Below are positions 1 through 9,309 of a DNA stretch of 64,000 bases, piece by piece. The position numbers were made by a program, and so were the translations under genes. Positions within the stretch are counted from its first letter, which is position 1; each line of letters starts with the position of its first letter. This DNA comes from Alphaproteobacteria bacterium (GTDB lineage Bacteria > Pseudomonadota > Alphaproteobacteria > Micavibrionales > Micavibrionaceae). The notes below the pieces were generated by a model. That model was not told where the DNA came from, did not search any database, and was given only the letters and a program-made list of their open reading frames with translations. The stretch is taken from contig JAUHVY010000001.1 in NCBI GenBank assembly GCA_030424975.1, forward strand, positions 57,093 to 121,092, given 5' to 3'.

Positions 1-271
1 TAAGCATTATAATAGGTATTCTTCTGTTTGGTGATTCTGCGTCACATCTTATTTTTTTCGTTAATTCCAGTCCGTCGCAAACGGGCATATGCCAGTCGGT
101 GATAATGATATCCGGTTCATAAGTGCAATATTTCTCATAGGCATCCTCACCGTCTTTTGCGGAGGTAATAAAACCAACGCCAATTGCACGAAGAACTTCC
201 CTGATAAGTTCTCTTAAAGGCTGTACATCTTCTGCTATAAGTACATGAAGGGGAGCTAAATTTAATTTCAT
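1..271 (-). CDS. CheY-like response regulator receiver domain protein (partial, runs off window)
   Basis: Not in the ORF track. Manual reverse translation from ATG at 271-269 gives MKLNLAPLHVLIAEDVQPLRELIREVLRAIGVGFITSAKDGEDAYEKYCTYEPDIIITDWHMPVCDGLELTKKIRCDAESPNRRIPIIML. It has the acidic pair (ED) and a phospho-acceptor Asp context (ITDWHMP) typical of receiver domains. Confidence 0.75.
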   Translation of the reverse strand, partial: MKLNLAPLHVLIAEDVQPLRELIREVLRAIGVGFITSAKDGEDAYEKYCTYEPDIIITDWHMPVCDGLELTKKIRCDAESPNRRIPIIML

Positions 272-392
272 CCCGTTCTAATCCTTTTGTTTATATAAAG
301 TTTATCTAATATTTAATATTAAATTTAAATTATAAATAAATTTTTAATTTTTGATTTCTCTTAAGTATAGGGATACTCACCTTCCGAGCATG

Positions 393-420
393 AAAAAAGG
401 CTCTGATGAGGTCAGAGCCT
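393..420 (-). terminator. Rho-independent terminator downstream of mtnP
   Basis: Stem GGCTCTGA (399-406) pairs with TCAGAGCC (412-419). On the minus strand it is followed by a run of 6 U (plus-strand A 393-398). It lies 30 nt after the mtnP stop. Confidence 0.7.
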
Positions 421-450
421 AATTAAAAGATGGTGTGTAAGCAAAAAGAT

Positions 451-1299
451 CTAGCTTTTTAAAACCGCCAGCCAGCTCTTTTGATCTGCTGTAAGCGCTT
501 CGTCTTTTGTCATCACTGCACCATTTAGAGCGGTACGGATTTTTTCCGGTGTGTCAGAGATACCGTTTTCAAGCAGTTTTAAAACGATTTGTTTAATCTT
601 TCCGATATTTTCGAAATACACGGCAAAGACGGCTTCGACGCTGACATGTTCGTCGGGATCTTCGCGCCAGCAATCGTAATCGGTTGCAATGGCTAATGTC
701 ACGTATCCCATCTGGGCTTCGCGCGCAAGGAAGGCTTCGGGAACATTGGTCATGCCGACAACATCACATCCGGCCGCACCACGCAGAAAGTAGCTCTCTG
801 CTTTTGTGCCAAGGCGTGGCCCTTCAACACAGGCATACGTCTTATCGGAATGCAATTTGATGCCGATATCATTGGCTGCTTTTAATACATCTTGTGTTAA
901 GACAGGGCAGGTCGGCTCTGCGGTGGAAATATGTGCGGTCACGCCTTCGCCAAAGAACGAGTTTTTGCGAAAACCACGCGTATGGTCGAAATATTGTGAT
1001 GCCAATGCCATATCACCGGGCGCGATTTCTTCTTGCAGGGATCCTGATGCGGAAATACTAAGGACTGTGCGGGCACCAAGCATTTTAAGCGCGTAGATAT
1101 TGGCGCGGAAATTGACTTCGGATGGTAAAAATTCGTGGTTGCGTCCGTGACGCGGCAGAAATAAAACCGATGTGCCAAAGGCCTTACCCTCAACAATAGG
1201 GGCGGATGGCTTGCCGAACGGCGTGGTGACATCATGTTCCTTTACGATTTCTAATTCATCCAGTGCGTAAAGGCCGGAACCGCCGATAATTGCAAGCAT
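451..1299 (-). CDS. mtnP: S-methyl-5'-thioadenosine phosphorylase (PNP/MTAP family)
   Basis: MLAIIGGSGLY...LPRHGRNHEFLPSEVNFRANIYALKMLG...VGMTNVPEAFLAREA is the classic MTAP/PNP-I signature. The start is trimmed to the M of MLAIIGGSG (1299), because the longer ORF would overlap the SulP gene end (1313). Confidence 0.9.
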   Translation of the reverse strand: MLAIIGGSGLYALDELEIVKEHDVTTPFGKPSAPIVEGKAFGTSVLFLPRHGRNHEFLPSEVNFRANIYALKMLGARTVLSISASGSLQEEIAPGDMALASQYFDHTRGFRKNSFFGEGVTAHISTAEPTCPVLTQDVLKAANDIGIKLHSDKTYACVEGPRLGTKAESYFLRGAAGCDVVGMTNVPEAFLAREAQMGYVTLAIATDYDCWREDPDEHVSVEAVFAVYFENIGKIKQIVLKLLENGISDTPEKIRTALNGAVMTKDEALTADQKSWLAVLKS

Positions 1300-1312
1300 A
1301 CTTATTTTCTCC

Positions 1313-2980
1313 CTAGATATATTCGGTTTGGGTTTCTTCTTCGTAAATTGAGATGACATGAGACAACGCATCGTTATAGGAGTCAAAGATTTTTTCTCCG
1401 TCGAGCTTTGAAATAATGCCGTGGCGTTTTAATGCGCCGAAAATTGGTGTTGATGTACCGCTCAGGTAAATGGTTTTATTATGGCTCAGGATCGTTTCAA
1501 TCATTTCCGCAAACGTCACCATAATGGATATATCCATCATATTCAGGCGCGTAATATCAATCATGACAATTTGCGCGGTGTTATTATTTTCATACAGGTT
1601 GAAATTATTGGTCAGGTCACAAGCGCTACCGAAACTAAGCGCACCTGAGAATTTCAGGAACAAGACATCATCATTTGATATCTCAACCAGTTTTTCTTCT
1701 TCTGCAGTTAGGATTTTATTCGTGTGATCCTGCATGCCGCCCGCAAGGAATGTCACGTCACTGAGCTGCTCTTGTGCTAGTTTTTTAGCGCTGATCAGGC
1801 ATTCCATCACAATGCCAACGGCAACGGCAATAATCAGGTCAACAAAGACCGTTAAGAATAAAACAGTAAGCATCACCGTGGTTGCCTGTTTATCGGCATC
1901 ATGGCCTGCTTGCCATAAACGTTTAATGAAACGCCAATCGATGATATCCCAGCCGACCTTGAGCAATATACCAGCAAGGACAGCGCGGGGGATATCCTCC
2001 AGCAAGAAGCCGAGCCCTAATGTACAGGCCAGTAAAATGATAGAGTGGATCATCCCGGATAGCGGTGTACGTCCGCCTGATTTAATATTCACAACCGTAC
2101 GCACCGTCGCGCCCGCACCCGGCAATGCACCGATCAGGCCGGCGAACATGTTCCCGATTCCTTGGCCGATCAGTTCCTTGTTCGGGCGGTGTCTTGTTTT
2201 TGTGAAGTTATCTGCGACTAGCGATGTCAGTAAGCTGTCGACTGATCCGAGCATCGCGAGTGTAAGCGCAGAAGATAGAATGACAGGAAGCATATCAATA
2301 GGAAAAGCCGCGAGCTTTATTTGTGGCAAGCCTGACGGCACATCACCGAGAACCGGCGCGCCGTTAAAATAGAATACGCCTGCAAATGTACAGCAAATCA
2401 GAGCAATAAGAGGCGGGGGGATGATGGCCTTTATTTTTTTTGGTGTAAAAATCATGATTGCCAGTGCAGATAAACCAAGAATAACGGCAGATGTAACGGG
2501 CGCCGATACAACACTTGGGATAGATGTAAAGGCAGGGATAATACCGCTCGCCGTTTTATACCCGAACAGGACATTGATTTGTAAAATCATCATGATAACG
2601 CCTACGCCGCTCATAAAACCGCTGATGACTGTATAGGGGACATAGGCAACATATTGTCCGACCTTTAGCAGACCGAATAAAATCTGAATTAAACCTGCCA
2701 GTAAAACAATGGTAAACACAACCGAAGGTTCGTGTGCGTATTGCATGATGATGGCGGTCATCACCACCGTCATAGGGCCTGTCGGACCTGATATTTGAGA
2801 GGGGGTGCCACCGAATAATGCGGCAAAGAAGCCGATGATGATGGCACTGTAAAGGCCGGCTATCGGACCCGCTCCAGAGGCCACACCAAAGGCCAGAGCA
2901 AGGGGGAGGGCGACCACAGCCCCGGTCAGCCCGCCATAAAAATCACCACGAATATTAGTTGTAAGGTTTTTTGGAAACAC
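1313..2980 (-). CDS. SulP family sulfate/anion permease with C-terminal STAS domain
   Basis: 555 aa with a GTG start. The N-terminus DFYGGLTGAVVALPLALAFGVASG, many TM segments, and a C-terminal STAS-like region (DVLFLKFSGALSFGSA...IMIDITRLNMMDIS). Confidence 0.9.
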   Translation of the reverse strand: MFPKNLTTNIRGDFYGGLTGAVVALPLALAFGVASGAGPIAGLYSAIIIGFFAALFGGTPSQISGPTGPMTVVMTAIIMQYAHEPSVVFTIVLLAGLIQILFGLLKVGQYVAYVPYTVISGFMSGVGVIMMILQINVLFGYKTASGIIPAFTSIPSVVSAPVTSAVILGLSALAIMIFTPKKIKAIIPPPLIALICCTFAGVFYFNGAPVLGDVPSGLPQIKLAAFPIDMLPVILSSALTLAMLGSVDSLLTSLVADNFTKTRHRPNKELIGQGIGNMFAGLIGALPGAGATVRTVVNIKSGGRTPLSGMIHSIILLACTLGLGFLLEDIPRAVLAGILLKVGWDIIDWRFIKRLWQAGHDADKQATTVMLTVLFLTVFVDLIIAVAVGIVMECLISAKKLAQEQLSDVTFLAGGMQDHTNKILTAEEEKLVEISNDDVLFLKFSGALSFGSACDLTNNFNLYENNNTAQIVMIDITRLNMMDISIMVTFAEMIETILSHNKTIYLSGTSTPIFGALKRHGIISKLDGEKIFDSYNDALSHVISIYEEETQTEYI

Positions 2981-3053
2981 GAATATTACTTTCTTAGAGT
3001 ATTTTATTCGTAATTACGCCTGTTTTAGAAAAAAATAAAGAGGGAAATGATGG

Positions 3054-3419
3054 CTACATTCTTAAGCCGTCATTATTATTTTTGTTATTGATCCCTTCGG
3101 GGGTGTCGATGAAGTAATCGGACAGTTTTTTCCATGCATTATCAGAACGTTCTTTTCCTGCTTGTGCCTTTTCAAGGCGATGTTCGGCGCGTTTGATAAA
3201 CCCTTGGCCGTATTCCGAATCAGGGTCAAATGTCGCGATTTCCCCTTCTTCGTATGAATACTCAATACCTTGTTTTGCCTTTGAGTATTTGATTTCCGCT
3301 TCGGCTAAATTGCCGCTTGCCATCATCATATCATACGCAAGGTCACACGTATCTGTAATACGATTAACCGCGCTTTGTGTGACTTTTCCAACTTGTTCCG
3401 TTATGTTTTTAAACTGCAT
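3054..3419 (-). CDS. hypothetical protein (121 aa, helical, no signal peptide)
   Basis: Intact ORF in the same orientation as the flanking sulfur genes. No recognisable domain. Weak by-eye similarity to the next ORF (FDPDSEY...KRAEHRLEKA versus FDCDPES...KRAKDISQKLERV). Confidence 0.5.
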   Translation of the reverse strand: MQFKNITEQVGKVTQSAVNRITDTCDLAYDMMMASGNLAEAEIKYSKAKQGIEYSYEEGEIATFDPDSEYGQGFIKRAEHRLEKAQAGKERSDNAWKKLSDYFIDTPEGINNKNNNDGLRM

Positions 3420-3489
3420 AATACACCCAAAATATTATTGTTTTTTTATACTTTGGTTTTAAAGCATTGAACTGAAAAATGCAAATAAT

Positions 3490-3813
3490 CTAAGACGGAT
3501 CAAAGGTTGTTTCTTGGGCTGTTTCTGTTTCACCATAGAAAAACGTAATATTATTTTCTACACGTTCCAGTTTTTGTGAGATATCCTTGGCGCGTTTATT
3601 TAAATGTTCAAGGCATTGTTTGGCTGCCGGGCTTTCCGGATCACAATCAAAATTGTTGTATGGATATGGTCCTTTGCCGCGTTCAACATGTGCGATGTCA
3701 TCTTGCACTTCACTCAGGCGCTCAGTGTGTTGCTCTTTTGATGTTTGCAGATCATCAAGAGAGGGTTGCGTATTGGTCCACGCTCTCAGGTGGTTAAATA
3801 GGTTCTGTATCAT
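3490..3813 (-). CDS. hypothetical protein (107 aa)
   Basis: Intact ORF immediately downstream of cysI on the same strand. No recognisable domain. Possible distant paralog of 3054-3419. Confidence 0.5.
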   Translation of the reverse strand: MIQNLFNHLRAWTNTQPSLDDLQTSKEQHTERLSEVQDDIAHVERGKGPYPYNNFDCDPESPAAKQCLEHLNKRAKDISQKLERVENNITFFYGETETAQETTFDPS

Positions 3814-3858
3814 TTTATTGTTATACCCGCTAAAGTTTAAATGATGATGAATTTGGTT

Positions 3859-5544
3859 TTACGCGCTTGCAAATAATGTGCGGTGGGCATAATCGCCGAA
3901 ACGCTCATTTTCATTGGCTTCGCTTACAAATTTACCAAACAGCGCATCCAGCGTTTGCAAGATTTCGGTTTCGTCCGCTTCTTCCAAATACGGAATATTC
4001 AGGCGCTCGCCCTCATAATCTCCGCCAAGGCGCAAAACATACTTACCGGGGTTTTTACCAACCAAACCGATTTCCGCCGCATAGGAGCGACCACACCCAT
4101 TCGGGCAGCCCGTAATACGTGTTGTAATTGCTTGGTTCAAGATACCGTGCTTTTCCTGCAGGGCTTCGACCTTGCCAACGAATTCCGGTAGATATCTCTG
4201 CCCCTCCGCCAGAGCGAGCGGGCAGGTCGGCAATGCAACACATGCCATAGCCTCGCGGCGGGTCGGGTTCATTGCATCAATCGTAATGCCGTGCTTTTGC
4301 AGGATATTGTCCAGCTTGGCTTTGTTCGCTTCCTCAATATAGGTAAACATCACATTCTGGTTGGCAGTAAAACGGAAGCCGCAAATATCTTCTTGTGCGA
4401 TTTCCTTCATCGCGCTTTTGATATTGTAACCGTCTTCATCAATGACGCGGCCGCTTTCGACGAATGCCGTGTAATACCATTTGCCTTCGTGATCTTCTAA
4501 CCACCCAAACGGGTCGCCGCGATGTGTAAAGGCGGGAACAGGACGCGCTGGCTCGATTGTAAAATCAAGGCGTTTTTGTAGTTCACCGACAAAGAAGTCG
4601 AGGCCCAGTCTGTCGATTGTGTATTTCAAACGCGCCTGATTTCTTTGTTCACGATTACCGTAATCGCGTTGAACGGCTGCAATTTGCCAGCACGTCTCAA
4701 GGGCTTTTTCTTTCGGGATGAAACCGATGACATCACCGCGGCGCGGATATGTATTCGGGTTGCCGTGGGTCGCGCCTAATCCGCCGCCGATCGAAACGTT
4801 AAACCCATGCAAGGTATCGCCCTCACCAACCGCGATCAGGCCGATATCATGGACATAGACATCAACATCATTATGCGGCGGTGTTGTAATGGCGATTTTA
4901 AATTTACGCGGCAGATATATATCCTTATACAGCGGATCTTCCTCTGTCGGCTCATTTTGCGCTAATTTTTCACCATCCAGCCAAATTTCTTTGAACGCAC
5001 CTGTACGGGGGAGGAGGTGCTCGCTTATTTTTGTCGCATATTCATGAACTTCCGCATGATATGGCGCGGTGAGCGGGTTTGAACCTGTGATCACATTACG
5101 GTTTACATCACCACATGCGGCGATGGCATCAAGGTTCAGCGCGTCAAAATCTTTCATCGTCGGTTTCATGCGTGCCTTAACAACGCCGTGAAACTGCACG
5201 GTTTGGCGCGTTGTGATTTTAATAACGCCTGTGGCTTTTGTATCGCAGCTTTCCTGAAGGCCGAGCCATTGCTGTGCGTTGATATCACCACCCGGAATAC
5301 GCAGGCGGATCATAAAGGAATACGCCCATTCCAATTTCTTTTCTTCACGCTCTGCACGGCGGTCGCGGTCATCCTGAACATATGATCCGTGGAATTTGAT
5401 CATTTGTTTGCCGTATTCGGTAACGTTACCCGTGACGCGGTTTTCCATCTGTTCCGCCAGGTCACCACGAAGGCCGCGGCTCTCTACTTTGAAGCCTTCG
5501 ACTTCGGACAGGTTTTCCGGTTTGTTGATTTCTTCGTTGCTCAT
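3859..5544 (-). CDS. cysI: assimilatory sulfite reductase (NADPH) hemoprotein beta-component
   Basis: Nitrite/sulfite reductase 4Fe-4S/siroheme pattern (MACVALPTCPLALAE...TGCPNGCGRSY) with full-length similarity to CysI. The start is set to ATG 5544, 1 nt after the cysJ stop (TAATATG), rather than ORF-track 5556. Confidence 0.92.
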   Translation of the reverse strand: MSNEEINKPENLSEVEGFKVESRGLRGDLAEQMENRVTGNVTEYGKQMIKFHGSYVQDDRDRRAEREEKKLEWAYSFMIRLRIPGGDINAQQWLGLQESCDTKATGVIKITTRQTVQFHGVVKARMKPTMKDFDALNLDAIAACGDVNRNVITGSNPLTAPYHAEVHEYATKISEHLLPRTGAFKEIWLDGEKLAQNEPTEEDPLYKDIYLPRKFKIAITTPPHNDVDVYVHDIGLIAVGEGDTLHGFNVSIGGGLGATHGNPNTYPRRGDVIGFIPKEKALETCWQIAAVQRDYGNREQRNQARLKYTIDRLGLDFFVGELQKRLDFTIEPARPVPAFTHRGDPFGWLEDHEGKWYYTAFVESGRVIDEDGYNIKSAMKEIAQEDICGFRFTANQNVMFTYIEEANKAKLDNILQKHGITIDAMNPTRREAMACVALPTCPLALAEGQRYLPEFVGKVEALQEKHGILNQAITTRITGCPNGCGRSYAAEIGLVGKNPGKYVLRLGGDYEGERLNIPYLEEADETEILQTLDALFGKFVSEANENERFGDYAHRTLFASA

Positions 5545-5545
5545 A

Positions 5546-7027
5546 TTAATACACATCCTTTAGGTAACGGTCTTGTTCTTCGAGGTCGGCCAAAAATTCA
5601 CCTGCATCTTCGGCTGATATGCCTTTTTGTGAGGCAATGATATCAATAAGGGCCTGATCGACATCTTTGCTCATCGGGTCTTTGTTGCCGCATAAATATA
5701 TGCGTGCGCCGCCATCAATCCACTCCATGACATCTTTTGCATTTTCTTTCAAACGATCCTGCACATAGATTTTATGATCTTGATCACGAGAGAAGGCAAG
5801 GTCAATACGTTGCAGTAAGTCAGTGGCCAAATGTTCTTGCCATTCCGCCTGATAGAGGAAATCACAATGCATGTGTTGATCACCAAAAAACAGCCAGTTT
5901 CGCCCGTCGCTGCCGCGCTCTGATCGTTCATAGATGAAGGAGCGGAACGGTGCGATACCTGTGCCCGGGCCAATCATAATGATATCCGTATCATCGCCTG
6001 GCAGGTTGAAAATTTGGTTCTGGTGAATATAGAAAGTAATCTCGTCGCCTTCTTTTAATTCTGATAAGTATTTGGAATATATTCCGAAACCTGTTTCGCC
6101 GCTCTCTGTTTTGTGTTTCGCCAAAGCAACGGTCAGATGTACCTCGCCTTCATGATATGATGGGGATGATGCGATCGAATACAGGCGCGGCGCTGCGTCG
6201 CCATTGTGGCGGTCTTCGGGAATGATAATGCCAGCGGCATCACCACATGTATAGAAAACCTCATCATCATAGGCGATTTCAATATGATATGTTTCCTTGT
6301 TTGAATCGATATCATTCAAATTCACGATTTGCTTGATTGTGCCGATGATCGGTTCAAGGCGCGTGTAGCCCTTGCCCGTGCGCACAATGTTTTCATCAGC
6401 AATATGAACAGATACCGTTTGTTCAGGTGCATGCGCCCCCACCAGTTTATCCATATTCTTAACGGTTTGCTCGATCCACGCACCTGTATGGGATGCATAA
6501 TCAACATCAAACAGGGCGTTATCTTGGAACGGTTTTGCGCCAAGGCGTTGGAATTCACGATCCAGATCAGTGGCAAAGCCGCAGAAAATTTCATATGACG
6601 AATCGCCAAGCCCAGCCACGGCGAATTGAAGACCATCAAGCGCGCCGGCCTCTGCGGCCTTTATACGCTCATAAAATTCAAGCGCAGTTTCAGGCGGATC
6701 GCCTTCGCCATGCGTTGAACATAAAAAGATTGCCAATGTATCGGGTTTGATGTCCTCGATCTTAACGCGGTTTACGGCGGCGTTTTTGACCTTATACCCT
6801 GCGGCTTTTACGGCTTTCATAACCTGCAAGGACAGCCCCTTTGAATTACCTGTTTCCGTGGCGTAGTAAATCATGACATTCGGTTTGTTAACCGCCGTCG
6901 CAGGTGCAGTGCCCGCAGATGCTTGCCCGATTTGCCCCTGCATATAGCCCGCAAGCCATATTTTCTGCTCGTGCGAGGCAGAGGATAGGAGTTGTTCCAA
7001 CAGTTGTAATTGATCTTTCGTGAGCAT
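5546..7027 (-). CDS. cysJ: sulfite reductase flavoprotein alpha-component, short form (493 aa)
   Basis: Flavodoxin-like FMN domain (VMIYYATETGNSKGLS...LCSTHGEGDPP...GLGDSSYEIFCG). FAD motif PRLYSIASS. NADPH motifs IMIGPGTGIAPFRSF and C-terminal RYLKDVY. About 100 aa shorter than E. coli CysJ (599 aa). Confidence 0.9.
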   Translation of the reverse strand: MLTKDQLQLLEQLLSSASHEQKIWLAGYMQGQIGQASAGTAPATAVNKPNVMIYYATETGNSKGLSLQVMKAVKAAGYKVKNAAVNRVKIEDIKPDTLAIFLCSTHGEGDPPETALEFYERIKAAEAGALDGLQFAVAGLGDSSYEIFCGFATDLDREFQRLGAKPFQDNALFDVDYASHTGAWIEQTVKNMDKLVGAHAPEQTVSVHIADENIVRTGKGYTRLEPIIGTIKQIVNLNDIDSNKETYHIEIAYDDEVFYTCGDAAGIIIPEDRHNGDAAPRLYSIASSPSYHEGEVHLTVALAKHKTESGETGFGIYSKYLSELKEGDEITFYIHQNQIFNLPGDDTDIIMIGPGTGIAPFRSFIYERSERGSDGRNWLFFGDQHMHCDFLYQAEWQEHLATDLLQRIDLAFSRDQDHKIYVQDRLKENAKDVMEWIDGGARIYLCGNKDPMSKDVDQALIDIIASQKGISAEDAGEFLADLEEQDRYLKDVY

Positions 7028-7054
7028 GTTTTTCCTTTAACTGTACTTTATGCT

Positions 7055-7768
7055 TTATGTCTTTTTGATTCTGACGAGTTTGCCGTCAACCATGTGGAGG
7101 CCGCATTCTTGGGCGTCATCTTGTTCCCACCACCAACGTCCTGCGCGTGGGTGTTCGCCTGCGCTGATGGCGCGGGTGCATGGTGCGCATCCGATAGACG
7201 GGTATCCCTTGTCATGAAGTTCGTTATACGGAATATCATGGTCGTGAATATAGGCTTTTAATTCGTCTTCCTCAACATCAATGAGAGGGTAAAGTTTGAT
7301 AATGCCGCGTCCTTCATCCATTTCGGCAAGGGGCAGGTCGCCGCGATTATCGGAATGTTCACGGCGCAGGCCGCTGATCCAGATATCAACGCCTTGTAAG
7401 GCGCGGTTGAGCGGTTCTACTTTTCGCACGCCGCAGCAATTTTTGCGGTTTTCAATACTGTCGAAAAATCCGTTTATCCCTTGTGTCTTTACAAGGTCTT
7501 GCGCGGCCGTCGCATCGGGGTAATAGGTTTCGATATTAATGTTCGGGTATTTTTCGCGTGTTTGTTGGGCAACCTTGTGCGTTTCCTCAAACAGGCGACC
7601 CGTATCAAGCGTGAAGATACGGATCGGTAAATTATGGGTTGCGATCACATGGGTGATGGCCTGGTCTTCGTAGCTCAGGCTGGTGGAGAAGGCGATGTTT
7701 TGCTCATTATAACGTGATAAAGCAATCAGGCGGTCTTGCCATGATGCATTTTCCAAATCTACAATCAT
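7055..7768 (-). CDS. cysH: adenylyl-sulfate (APS)/PAPS reductase, Fe-S cluster type
   Basis: PAPS_reduct fold with the cysteine set CC (NCCGVRKVEPL) plus CxxC (SIGCAPCT), typical of APS-type CysH, and the C-terminal catalytic ECGLH. The start is trimmed to ATG 7768, because the cysG stop is at 7773-7775. Confidence 0.88.
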   Translation of the reverse strand: MIVDLENASWQDRLIALSRYNEQNIAFSTSLSYEDQAITHVIATHNLPIRIFTLDTGRLFEETHKVAQQTREKYPNINIETYYPDATAAQDLVKTQGINGFFDSIENRKNCCGVRKVEPLNRALQGVDIWISGLRREHSDNRGDLPLAEMDEGRGIIKLYPLIDVEEDELKAYIHDHDIPYNELHDKGYPSIGCAPCTRAISAGEHPRAGRWWWEQDDAQECGLHMVDGKLVRIKKT

Positions 7769-7772
7769 ATCT

Positions 7773-9227
7773 CTAGGCAACTTGTTTCTCCTCGCTGTTT
7801 TTAGACGGAAGAGCGGGGAAGTATGATGCTTTTTCCTGCGGCGCATCTTTCCATTGGTTTTCCTTTGCCCATCGGGCAACATCCCCGATAATCAGCAGGC
7901 AAGGGGATGCAAATGTGGAGGAATCCCATTCCTGATCAAATGATCCGATGGTTGATTTATATTCGCGGTGTTGCGGTGTTGTACCTTGTTCAATCGCGAC
8001 CATTGGCGTGTCCGCGCTAAAACCCAGTTCAACCAGTTTTGCACAAAGGGTGCTGTAATGCGGGGTGCTCATGTAAAAGACGAATGTTTCATTTTTGGCA
8101 TATTGAATGGATGTCCAAAAATCATCATCTTGCAGCATTTTTGTATAAAGGGTGATGAAGCGCACCGATAACGCGCCGCCGCGCTCCGTTAGGGGAACGC
8201 CTGCATAGGCCGCACAGCCGTTTGCCGCGCTGATGCCCGGAACGATTTGATATGGTGCGCCGACTTTCTTCGCAATGTTAATTTCTTCCGCGCCATGGGC
8301 ATATATGCCCGGATCGCCACCTTTTAATCGCACAACAACATTGCCTTTGCGCAAATGATCTTCAATCAATGCATCAATTTCGGCTTGTGTTTTATGGTGG
8401 TGGTCACGGGTTTTTCCGACAGATATTTTTTCCGCATCTTTGCGGGCGTATTGCGCGATAATGTCCTGCGATACGAGGCGATCATATAAAATGATATCAG
8501 CCTTAGACAAAAGTCGTATCGCCTTGATGGTCATAAGCTCAGGGTTGCCGGGGCCTGCGCCGATTAAATATAGCGCGGGCTGTTTTTGGTTCGGATATGT
8601 TGCAATGAGATCATCAAAAAGCGCGTCAGCCTTTTGGCGGTTACCTTCATATAATTCCTCGGCAATGGGGCCGTGATATATGGCCTCACCGATTAAACGG
8701 CGCGGCTGTATTTTTGTGAATTTCTCACGTAGCTCAAGCTTCTTGTCACCCATAAAGCGGATCAGGTTTGTAAATGTAACGGGAACAGCTTGTTCGATGG
8801 CGTGCTTCACCATGCGGGCCAAAACGGGTGATATGCCCGATGATGAAATTGCAATTTGTAAATTTCCACGGCGAACAAGGGCAGGGAAAATAAAATCACA
8901 TAAAGGCGGGTTATCAACCACATTCACCAAAATGTCGGCCTTATTGCAATCTTTTGCGATTTTTTCGTTTACCGCATCATTATCTGTGGCTGCAACAACG
9001 ATTTTTTTACCTTTTAGGTATTTTTTGTTGTAGGGCGCATGCGTGGTTTTAAAACCATGCTTCGCGCAGAGGATTTCAACGGCCTCTGAAATATTTTCGG
9101 CAAGAATTTCAACTTCAGCGCCGACACTGGCCAGCGCCTCTGTCTTTGCCGCAGCGATTTCGCCGCCACCAATAATAAGTATGGTGCCGTGCTTCTTCGC
9201 ATTCAAAAATAAAGGCGTATAAGCCAT
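7773..9227 (-). CDS. cysG: siroheme synthase (precorrin-2 dehydrogenase/ferrochelatase fused to uroporphyrinogen-III C-methyltransferase)
   Basis: 484 aa. The N-terminal Rossmann motif ILIIGGGEIAAAK resembles CysG-N. The C-terminal SUMT motifs are LYLIGAGPGNPELMT and VVRLKGGDPGIYAHG. Confidence 0.9.
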   Translation of the reverse strand: MAYTPLFLNAKKHGTILIIGGGEIAAAKTEALASVGAEVEILAENISEAVEILCAKHGFKTTHAPYNKKYLKGKKIVVAATDNDAVNEKIAKDCNKADILVNVVDNPPLCDFIFPALVRRGNLQIAISSSGISPVLARMVKHAIEQAVPVTFTNLIRFMGDKKLELREKFTKIQPRRLIGEAIYHGPIAEELYEGNRQKADALFDDLIATYPNQKQPALYLIGAGPGNPELMTIKAIRLLSKADIILYDRLVSQDIIAQYARKDAEKISVGKTRDHHHKTQAEIDALIEDHLRKGNVVVRLKGGDPGIYAHGAEEINIAKKVGAPYQIVPGISAANGCAAYAGVPLTERGGALSVRFITLYTKMLQDDDFWTSIQYAKNETFVFYMSTPHYSTLCAKLVELGFSADTPMVAIEQGTTPQHREYKSTIGSFDQEWDSSTFASPCLLIIGDVARWAKENQWKDAPQEKASYFPALPSKNSEEKQVA

Positions 9228-9309
9228 GGGTTACCCTTTTGTTTATAGCGGAACTATAAAATAACATTTTTGTGTTGTAAATACATTTTTTTTATGTATT
9301 ATTTGGTTT

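Noticed and set aside
7769-7882. N-terminal extensions of cysH (to 7882), mtnP (to 1386), the TlpA-like gene (to 40458), murD (56124) and the ODC gene (27065)
   Set aside because: The extensions overlap the upstream genes' coding ends and lack SD sequences. Conserved family N-termini and good SDs start at the internal ATGs used in the feature table.
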